Assembly: GCA_035544735.1 (NCBI GenBank)
Contig: DATKCD010000093.1
Location: forward strand, 86-64,085
Origin: Thermoanaerobaculia bacterium
GTDB taxonomy: Bacteria; Acidobacteriota; Thermoanaerobaculia; Gp7-AA8
DNA length: 64,000 bases
Direction of reading: 5' to 3'
Shown: piece after piece, positions 20,349-27,298 of the stretch
Layout: each line of letters opens with the position of its first letter
How positions within the stretch are numbered: position 1 is the stretch's first letter
Program-made: the position numbers and the translations under genes
The notes under the pieces: generated by a model
Database searches by the model: none
Seen by the model: the letters and a program-made list of their open reading frames with translations, nothing else
What the model was told of the DNA's origin: nothing

Positions 20349-20671
20349 AGGCATTGAAAAGCATTGAGGATCTATGATTGATGATTGCAAACCATTGATG
20401 ATCTATGATTGATGATTGATGATTGATGATTGAAAGGCATTGAGGATCTATGATTGATGATTGATGACTGATGGCCGAGGATGGTTGAGCGGCTACCGAT
20501 GGTCACCGATCACCGTCCCGCAGACTCGCATCGATCACGCGTACGAGCCCCCAACCATCAATCCTCAAATCATCAATGCTGTTCGATCATCAATCATCAA
20601 TCATCAATCATAGATCATCAATGTCTTTCAATGGTTTGCAATCATCAATCATCGATCATCGATCATCAATG
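20349..20671. repeat. AT-rich palindromic element made of inverted TGATTGA heptamer arrays (copy 1)
   Basis: Left arm 20349-20473 is (TGATTGA)n with GCATTGA/TTGCAAA punctuation. Right arm 20551-20671 is its reverse complement. Perfect inverted blocks: 20375-20398 with 20628-20651 (24 bp), and 20393-20430 with 20586-20623 (38 bp). The left arm is about 34% G+C by hand count. Confidence 0.9.
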
Positions 20672-21427
20672 GGGTTCGCGACGATCACGCTCAACCGTCC
20701 GGAGAAGCTGAATGCGTTCGCCGGGACGATGCGCGAGGAGCTGATCGCCGCGCTCGATCGCGCGCGGGACGAGCCGGGCGTCCGCTGCGTCGTGATCACC
20801 GGCGCCGGACGTGCGTTCTGCGCCGGAGGAGACGTGGAGGCGATGAGCCGCATGCGCCGGGAGGGAGACCTCGACGGCTTCATGCGGCTGCTCGATGCGG
20901 GAGCGAGGATCGTCACGGCGATCCGTGAGATGCCGAAGCTCGTGCTCGCCTCGATCAACGGAGTCGCCGCGGGAGCCGGCTGCAATCTCGCCCTCGCCGC
21001 CGACGTCAGGATCGCATCCTCGGAGGCGACGCTCGTCGAGAGCTTCGTCCGGATCGGCCTGCATCCCGACTGGGGAGGGACGTACTTCCTGCCGCGGCTG
21101 GTCGGGACTTCGCGGGCGATCGAGCTGATGGCGACGGGAAGAGTCGTCGGCGCCGCGGAGGCGCTCGAGATCGGGATGGTGGACCGGGTGGTGGAACCGG
21201 GGCGGCTTTCCGCGGAGACCACGGAGCTGGCGCGCGCGGTCGCGTCGGGCCCGCCGGGCGCGATCGCCGACCTCAAGCGCGCCGTTCTCGCCGCGGAGGG
21301 CGGCCGGCTCGCCGAACAGCTCGAGCTCGAGAAAGAGCACCAGCGACGGGCTTTCAACTCCGCCGATGCGGCCGAAGGGATCGCCGCCTTCCTCGAGAAG
21401 AGACCTCCCCGATTCGACGGCCGTTGA
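20669..21427 (+). CDS. Enoyl-CoA hydratase/isomerase (crotonase) family protein; start uncertain (20669, 20621 or 20576)
   Basis: FATITLNRPEKLNAF, VVITGAGRAFCAGGDV, ASINGVAAGAGCNLALAADVRI. The ORF is open upstream through the repeat arm. Confidence 0.85.
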   Translation: MGFATITLNRPEKLNAFAGTMREELIAALDRARDEPGVRCVVITGAGRAFCAGGDVEAMSRMRREGDLDGFMRLLDAGARIVTAIREMPKLVLASINGVAAGAGCNLALAADVRIASSEATLVESFVRIGLHPDWGGTYFLPRLVGTSRAIELMATGRVVGAAEALEIGMVDRVVEPGRLSAETTELARAVASGPPGAIADLKRAVLAAEGGRLAEQLELEKEHQRRAFNSADAAEGIAAFLEKRPPRFDGR

Positions 21428-21455
21428 GCGTCGAGGGGGCGAGTGAAGTGCCGCC

Positions 21456-23234
21456 TCAGACGCGCACGAGCACCAGGGTCTGGTCGTCGTGCTGGGGAGC
21501 CTCCCCGACGAAGCCTTCGAGATCCGACTCGATCGCGCGCCGGATGGCGGCGACCGTGTCGGAGCCGTGCGCGCGGAGCAGCGCTTCGAGCCGCTCGTTC
21601 CCGAACTCTTCCCCGGCGGCATTCTCCGCCTCGGTGATCCCGTCGCTGTAGAACACCAGAAGCGCTCCGGGGGGAAGGCCGCGGGTCTGCGCCGAGTAGC
21701 GGCTGTCGCTCATCATGCCGACCGGGAGGCCGTGGGAACGGAGGGGCTCGATCTCGCCGTCGAGGCCGACCACGTACGCGGGATTGTGGCCGGCGTTGAC
21801 GAAACGGATCATGCCGTGCTCGCGGTCGATGGTGGCGAGGATGAGGGTGATGAACTTGCTCTCCGAGGACCAGAGATGGATGTGGCGGTTGAGCTCGGTG
21901 GCGATCTCGCCGAGGTCGCGCCCTTCGTGAAACAGCAGATGGAGTGCGGCGTGGAGTGCGGAGACGAGGATGGCGGCGGGAAGGGACTTGCCGGATACGT
22001 CGGCGACGCAGAGAGAGAACCCGCCGTCGCGATCGATGAACGTGTAATAGTCGCCGCCGAGCTGGCGGGCGGGGCGGGCGAGGACTTCGATCCCGAGGCC
22101 CTCGACGCGTGGGACGGCGCGGGGGAGAATGTCGCGCTGGATGGTGGCGGCGAGCTCGAGCTCCCGCTCGATCGCCTGCTTCTCGAGCGCATCGCGGTGG
22201 AGGCGGGCGTTCTCGAGAGCGATGGCGGCCTGAGTGGCGAACTGGCGGACCAGGCGGACGTCGCTCTCGTCGAAGGGACCGACGCTGCCGTCGCGGTGCT
22301 CGCGGTCGGCGACGGCGAGGACGCCGACCATCTCGGTGGCGGTCGCGATCGGGAGGGCGAGCAGGCTGAGGCAGCCGGGGAAGAGGCAGTCGGCGCCCGA
22401 GCTCATGCGGATCGGGCGGCGCGAGGCCTTCAGCGCCTCGAGCTCTTCGGGCTGGATCTCGTCTTCGAGGAACTGTCCGCGCACCTCGCCGAACGAGCGG
22501 TGCAGCACGAAGCGTTCACCCTTCCGGAGATAGAGGGCGGCGCGGCGCGCGTTGAGCAGCGAGATCGTGCGGATCAGGATCTGCTCGGAGAGCTCGTCCT
22601 GGTCGAGTGTCGCGGCGATCGAGAGCCCGATGTCGTAGAGCGACTCGAGCTCCCAGAGGCGGACCTTGAGCTGGAAGTTTCCCTCCCGTACTTCATCCGC
22701 CATCCTCTTCGCGGTGAGCAGAGCCGTGACGAAGCTGGCGGCGGCCCGGAGCAGCTCGATCGTCCCTTCGAGCGGCTCCTCGCGCTCGCGCCGCAGGGCG
22801 ATCAGGCCGATCACCCGGTCGTGATGGCGCAGCGGGACGAGGGTGTGCGCGCCAGGGAGGTGAGCCGCGGCGGCCTCGAGCGATTCGGGATCGAACGTCC
22901 GCTCGACGATCTCGTCGGGGACCGCAGCGGAGAGGGTGGCGGCCGGTTCGATGCCCGGGCTGGCGGCGGCGAGCCGCAGCCCCTCGCCGGATGCGCACTC
23001 GAGCCAGACCGCGCCGTCGCAGTAACCGGCGTGGCGGATGAAGGCGCCGAGGATCGCTTCCCCCTGAGAGTGAGCGCCGAGCTCGCGCGAGGCGCCGTCG
23101 ATCCCCTGGAGATCGGCGACCAGGGCCGAGAACTTCTGAGCCGGGACGATCATCGGCGGTCTCGTTCGACGGCTCGACTCGGCGGAGGAGTCGGGCTCCA
23201 CCGGAACGCGCCGGGAGGGACGGTCGGCGGGCAT
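21456..23234 (-). CDS. GAF-domain-containing PP2C/SpoIIE-family serine phosphatase (RsbU-like)
   Basis: 592 aa. Two GAF-like regions, then PP2C motifs LGGDYYTF, CVADVSGKSLPAA, NAGHNP, FYSDGITEA, DDQTLVLVRV. Confidence 0.9.
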   Translation of the reverse strand: MPADRPSRRVPVEPDSSAESSRRTRPPMIVPAQKFSALVADLQGIDGASRELGAHSQGEAILGAFIRHAGYCDGAVWLECASGEGLRLAAASPGIEPAATLSAAVPDEIVERTFDPESLEAAAAHLPGAHTLVPLRHHDRVIGLIALRREREEPLEGTIELLRAAASFVTALLTAKRMADEVREGNFQLKVRLWELESLYDIGLSIAATLDQDELSEQILIRTISLLNARRAALYLRKGERFVLHRSFGEVRGQFLEDEIQPEELEALKASRRPIRMSSGADCLFPGCLSLLALPIATATEMVGVLAVADREHRDGSVGPFDESDVRLVRQFATQAAIALENARLHRDALEKQAIERELELAATIQRDILPRAVPRVEGLGIEVLARPARQLGGDYYTFIDRDGGFSLCVADVSGKSLPAAILVSALHAALHLLFHEGRDLGEIATELNRHIHLWSSESKFITLILATIDREHGMIRFVNAGHNPAYVVGLDGEIEPLRSHGLPVGMMSDSRYSAQTRGLPPGALLVFYSDGITEAENAAGEEFGNERLEALLRAHGSDTVAAIRRAIESDLEGFVGEAPQHDDQTLVLVRV

Positions 23235-23246
23235 GGCTCGGCGGGC

Positions 23247-23600
23247 CTAGAGTCCGAGCTCGCGGCGGGCGGACTCCTCGTCGGCGAAGATCGGCGCGTA
23301 CTGGGCCAGGCCCATGATCTGGAACGTCTTCTGGATGACCGGGGTGAGACAGCAGAAGCCGAGCCGGCCGCCCTTTTCGAGCATCTTCTCGATGATCTCG
23401 ATCAGGATCGAGATGCCGATCGAGTTCACGATCTTGGTCTCGCGCAGATTGAGCAGGAGCGTGTCGACGCCCGCGTCGATGAGCTCGTACGCCTGGCTCG
23501 CGATCTCCTCTCCGCCCACGTTGTTGATGTAGCCTCGGGTGAAGAGGATCGCGCCGTTGCCGCGACGCTCGACCGTCACTTTGAGCTCGTCCGTCATCAT
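23247..23600 (-). CDS. STAS-domain anti-sigma-factor antagonist (RsbV/SpoIIAA-like)
   Basis: Last 117 aa of ORF 23247..24251: MMTDELKVTVERRGNGAILFTRGYIN...LNLRETKIVNSIGISILIE. Overlaps the upstream kinase gene by 4 nt. Confidence 0.9.
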   Translation of the reverse strand: MMTDELKVTVERRGNGAILFTRGYINNVGGEEIASQAYELIDAGVDTLLLNLRETKIVNSIGISILIEIIEKMLEKGGRLGFCCLTPVIQKTFQIMGLAQYAPIFADEESARRELGL

Positions 23601-24037
23601 GATTTCCCGCCGCCGAATTTGACCATCCGGATCGTCGTGCCGTTGGGGCCGGTCTCGATCTCGACTTCGTCCATGTGAGCCTCCATGATCTGAAGGCCCC
23701 ACCCGCGTTTCTGAGGTCGCCCTGGTGTGGCTCGGTGCGAGCGCGCCCTTGCGGGGTCGAATCCACGCCCGTGATCGGTGATCCAGACCTCGACCCGCGG
23801 CCGCCCGTCGGAGTTGGCGGTTCCGACGAATCTTAGATAGATACGCTGGTCGACGCAACAGGAGTGCTCGCGGGCATTGATGCAGGCTTCGACGATCGCA
23901 TGGGCCATCTCGTCGATCGCCTGGGGATCCATCCCGAGCTGCCGGCCGAGATTGCCGGCGGCCTTCGCCGCGGCGATCTCCACGTCGGGCAGCATCGGGA
24001 GCGTGAGCTCCATCTGGCGCTCCGCGGTACGGGTCAT
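23597..24037 (-). CDS. Anti-sigma regulatory factor-type serine kinase (RsbW/SpoIIAB-like, HATPase_c)
   Basis: 146 aa. EACINAREHS (N-box), WITDHGRGFD (G1), GWGLQIM (G2). Confidence 0.85.
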   Translation of the reverse strand: MTRTAERQMELTLPMLPDVEIAAAKAAGNLGRQLGMDPQAIDEMAHAIVEACINAREHSCCVDQRIYLRFVGTANSDGRPRVEVWITDHGRGFDPARARSHRATPGRPQKRGWGLQIMEAHMDEVEIETGPNGTTIRMVKFGGGKS

Positions 24038-24052
24038 CGGGGGGCGACTCCC

Positions 24053-24217
24053 TCAGAACAGCAGCAGCAGGCTCGCAGTCGTCTTGATCCATCCGGGAAT
24101 CGCGTGGTTCGCGTCGAGGACCAGCAGGGCCAGCGTGTTGACCGCCAGCAGCAGCGGCAGTCCGAGAGAAAGGGGAAGGGCTTCGATTCTGGTCTTGACG
24201 TTCGCGAGCTGTTCCAT
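24053..24217 (-). CDS. 54-aa membrane peptide, first gene of the partner-switching operon (not in ORF track)
   Basis: Own translation: MEQLANVKTRIEALPLSLGLPLLLAVNTLALLVLDANHAIPGWIKTTASLLLLF. GGAGGG lies 5 nt upstream of the ATG. Stop is 15 nt before the kinase start. High G/C at third positions. Confidence 0.5.
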   Translation of the reverse strand: MEQLANVKTRIEALPLSLGLPLLLAVNTLALLVLDANHAIPGWIKTTASLLLLF

Positions 24218-24419
24218 GGCTGCCCTCCGGCGGTTCGTCCGCCCCTGCCATAGAGCAACGGGGGAGCCACGGTGCCAGCCTCGCGGTTCACACCTCGCAA
24301 ACTACTGATATGAGAGATCTTAGTCAAGGATCCTTCGGCACCTCGAGCCGATTCGAACTGGGGCATGATGGGACAGTCCAGGTTTCACGACACATGATCT
24401 TGGACTAAACAGCTTAGTT

Positions 24420-25958
24420 TCAGTTTGTTACGTCAGTATCCCAAAAAGGGGCGTTAGGGTCAAGAAGGGACAACTCGTCTCTCCGGCGGTAGAGCGTCTT
24501 GCGATCGATCCCGAGGATCCTTGCGGCGCGGCTGATGTTGCCGCCGGTCTGCTCGAGGACCCGGGCGATGTATCTCCGCTCGAGCTCGCGCAGCTCCGGC
24601 AGATCGGCGACGAGCTCGCTTCCGAGCGCTCCTCGCGGCTCCTCGGGGAGGAGCAGCGCGTCGGCCTCGATCACCGGATCGACGGTCACGGCGAGCGCCC
24701 CTTCGATGAGATTCTCGAGTTCGCGGACGTTTCCGGGAAAGGGATGGCGCATCAGCTTCTGGAGCGCCTGCTGCGAGATCCGGACGTTGCCGAGGCCTTC
24801 GCGGCGGCCGTACTTCTCGATGAAGTAGCGGACGAGTCTGGGAATGTCCTCCTTCCGGTCGCGCAGCGGAGGGAGGAAGATCTCGACCACGCGGAGCCTG
24901 TAGTAGAGATCCTGGCGGAACTCGCCGAGCTCGATCATCCGCTCGAGGGAGCGGTGGGTGGCGGCGAGGATGCGGACGTCGACCGGGATTCGGCGGCGGC
25001 CGCCGAGCTTCTCGATCTCGCGCTCCTGGAGCACGCGGAGGAGCTTGGCCTGGAGCGTGACGGGAATGTCGCCGATCTCGTCGAGGAAGACCGTGCCGCC
25101 GCTGGCGATCTCGAACTTGCCGGGGCGCGCCTCGACGCCGGTGGCGACCCCGCGCTCGATTCCGAACAGCTCGGACTCGAGCAGGGTCTCGGGAAGGGCG
25201 GCGCAGTTGATGGCGACGAAGGGCTTGTCGGCGCGCGGAGAGTTGCCGTGAATGAGGCGCGCGACCATTTCCTTCCCGGTTCCCGACTCGCCGCGGATCA
25301 GAACGTTGGCGTGGCTTCCGGCGACGCGGGCGACCAGGTCGATCACGCGCTGCATCTCCCGCGACTCGCCCACCATCAGGCGGTCGCTGTACTCGCGCAG
25401 CATCCGCTGTTTGAGAGAGCGGTTCTCGTCCTCGAGCGACTCCCGCACCATCTCCAGGCGATGGAAGTTGCGCGTGTTGTCGATGGCCGCTCCGCCGATC
25501 GCGGCGAGCGAGCCTAGGAAGCGCAGATCGTCCTCGTCGAACGTTCCACTCCTCGCGCCCCGCCTCTCCTTCCCCCCCACGGCCAGCGCCCCGATCACCT
25601 TCTCCCCCGCCACCATCGGCGCGATCAGGATCGCTCCCTCACGCCCCTCCACGAGCGGCCCCGCCTCCCCAGCCACCGCCGTCTTCATCGCGAGCGCGCG
25701 CCGCACCGGCTCTTCGCTCATCACGCTCGCGCTCAGCTCCTCCCGCTCCATCCCCACGGTGAACGACTGCTGGACTCCCAGACTCTCGTCGACCGCGACC
25801 GCGAACCCGAACGATGCATCGACCAGCGCGGTCGCGCGCAACAGCAGCTCCTCCAGCAACTCCTCTTCGCTCCGGAGCGTGTTCAGCGCACGCCCCACGT
25901 CGTAGAGTGCTTCGAGCTGAAGCAGCTTCCGCTTCTGTTCGAGGTTCATCCCGGCCAT
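24420..25958 (-). CDS. GAF-sensor, AAA+ sigma54-type enhancer-binding protein with Fis-type HTH (degenerate GAFTGA loop)
   Basis: GESGTGKE Walker A, VFLDEIGD Walker B, C-terminal HTH (ISRAARILGIDRKTLYRR). Start taken at MAGMNLEQ (25958 or 25949). Confidence 0.9.
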   Translation of the reverse strand: MAGMNLEQKRKLLQLEALYDVGRALNTLRSEEELLEELLLRATALVDASFGFAVAVDESLGVQQSFTVGMEREELSASVMSEEPVRRALAMKTAVAGEAGPLVEGREGAILIAPMVAGEKVIGALAVGGKERRGARSGTFDEDDLRFLGSLAAIGGAAIDNTRNFHRLEMVRESLEDENRSLKQRMLREYSDRLMVGESREMQRVIDLVARVAGSHANVLIRGESGTGKEMVARLIHGNSPRADKPFVAINCAALPETLLESELFGIERGVATGVEARPGKFEIASGGTVFLDEIGDIPVTLQAKLLRVLQEREIEKLGGRRRIPVDVRILAATHRSLERMIELGEFRQDLYYRLRVVEIFLPPLRDRKEDIPRLVRYFIEKYGRREGLGNVRISQQALQKLMRHPFPGNVRELENLIEGALAVTVDPVIEADALLLPEEPRGALGSELVADLPELRELERRYIARVLEQTGGNISRAARILGIDRKTLYRRRDELSLLDPNAPFWDTDVTN

Positions 25959-25980
25959 TGCCGTCCGTCCCGGAAACGCG

Positions 25981-26346
25981 TCAGTCGAGCCCGTCCGCCC
26001 GCCGCGCCTCCCCCAGCAGAAAATCACACCCCCACTCCCGATAGAACGCCGGCGAGAGCGAATGAATTTTGATCAGCTCCGCCGAAGCTTCCCCCGCCCG
26101 GCCGAGCTTCATCAGCGTCCGGGCCAGAAAGTAGCGCGCCTTGAGCGTCTCCGGCCGCGGCTCGTCCGCCTCCACGATCGCCCGGAAGCGCTCCGCCGCC
26201 CGCTCCAGCGATCCCTGGTGGTACTGGCAGAGCGCCGCCGCGTACTCCGGCAGCCCCCCCGAGCAGACCGCCCGAGGCTCTCCTCCCGCCAGCATCGCCG
26301 GAATCGCGACGCCGATCAGCGCGGCCGCAATCAGTGGATGGCGCAT
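25981..26346 (-). CDS. Small exported helical-repeat (TPR-like) protein, hypothetical
   Basis: Last 121 aa of ORF 25981..26868. MRHPLIAAALIGVAIPAMLAG signal-like helix and ARYFLARTLMKLGRAGEA. Confidence 0.45.
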   Translation of the reverse strand: MRHPLIAAALIGVAIPAMLAGGEPRAVCSGGLPEYAAALCQYHQGSLERAAERFRAIVEADEPRPETLKARYFLARTLMKLGRAGEASAELIKIHSLSPAFYREWGCDFLLGEARRADGLD

Positions 26347-26398
26347 CTCTCTTCCTCGGGACTCGTCGCCCCAGACGCTATGATACCGGGAACGTTCC

Positions 26399-27199
26399 AT
26401 GAAGCTGGGCATCGTCGGAGGCGGCCGCGCCGCCTGGGCTTTCGGAAGCGGCTGGCGCACCGCGGGCCGGCCGGTGAGCGGGATTGCGCTCCGCGAAGGA
26501 TCGAAGAGCGAGCTGCCCGAGCGGCTCCGTGCCTCACGGACGAGCCTCGACCAACTGGCGGCCGATTCGGACCTGATCCTGGTGGCGGTCTCCGATCCGG
26601 CCGTGGCGCAGGTGGCGCGCGATCTCGGGTCGCGGGTCGCCGGGGGGACGGTCCTGTTCCATGCGAGCGGCTCGCTCGGGAGCGAGGTGCTCGGGCTGGA
26701 AACGGCGTTCTCGCTCCACCCCCTCCGCTCGCTTCCTCCCGTCGGAACGCCGGTCGATCTGAGGGGAACGCTGCTGGTATTCGAGGGTCCTCCGGGCGCG
26801 AGGGAGCTGGCGCGCGAGATCGCCCGGACCCTCGGCGGCCGGTTCGACGAGATCGATCCGGCGGCCAAGGCGCTGTATCACGCCGCGGCCGTGATGGGGT
26901 CGAATCACGTCGCTGCGCTCGTCGAGGCGGCGGCCGACCTTCTCGCCCGGTGCGGGCTGGAGGAGAGCTCCTGCCGGCCGGCACTGGCGTCGCTCGCCGA
27001 GTCGGCGATCGCCAACTGGGCGGGCGCCGCCGCCCCCGAGAGGTTCACCGGGCCGGTCGCCCGCGGCGACGCCGCCACGGTCGAGCGCCACCTCGAAGCC
27101 CTCGAGGCGGCCGATCCCGCCCGGGCCGAGATCTACCGGAGACTTTCCGCCGAGCTGGCGTCGGCTGTGGAAAAGTCGGGCGGGGCGACGCGGAAGTGA
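26399..27199 (+). CDS. Rossmann-like / DUF2520 domain oxidoreductase-like protein
   Basis: MKLGIVGGGRAAWAF dinucleotide fold. C-terminal hallmark FTGPVARGDAATVERHLEAL. Confidence 0.8.
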   Translation: MKLGIVGGGRAAWAFGSGWRTAGRPVSGIALREGSKSELPERLRASRTSLDQLAADSDLILVAVSDPAVAQVARDLGSRVAGGTVLFHASGSLGSEVLGLETAFSLHPLRSLPPVGTPVDLRGTLLVFEGPPGARELAREIARTLGGRFDEIDPAAKALYHAAAVMGSNHVAALVEAAADLLARCGLEESSCRPALASLAESAIANWAGAAAPERFTGPVARGDAATVERHLEALEAADPARAEIYRRLSAELASAVEKSGGATRK

Positions 27200-27298
27200 C
27201 ACGAATTATTGACCTTCTGCGCCGACCGGCGGTTCCTTGACCCTCTGGAAAAGCGGATGCTACCATCGATCGCCTCAGCGCCAGGAGCCACGACCTCA

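Noticed and set aside
20349-20671. CRISPR array interpretation of the repeat fields (also 38781-39160 and 59344-59588)
   Set aside because: The units are only 7-9 bp, contiguous and without spacers. The arms are inverted relative to each other, and there are no cas genes in the window.
20481-20711. ORFs encoding HQSSIINHQSSII-type peptides (also 38779..39021, 38976..39245 and the N-terminal extensions of 20576.. and 38869..)
   Set aside because: These are simply translations of the (TCAATCA)n repeat arm, which is stop-free in all three frames. There is no independent evidence for coding.
24254-24278. Sigma54 promoter upstream of the partner-switching operon (minus strand cTGGCACcgtggctcccccgTTGCt)
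   Set aside because: The TGGCAC and TTGC elements are separated by 13 nt instead of the required 5, so the -24/-12 geometry is not satisfied.
24330-24365. tRNA-like GTTCGAATC T-loop sequence in the intergenic region (minus strand)
   Set aside because: The flanking bases cannot form a T-stem or an acceptor stem, so no cloverleaf can be drawn.
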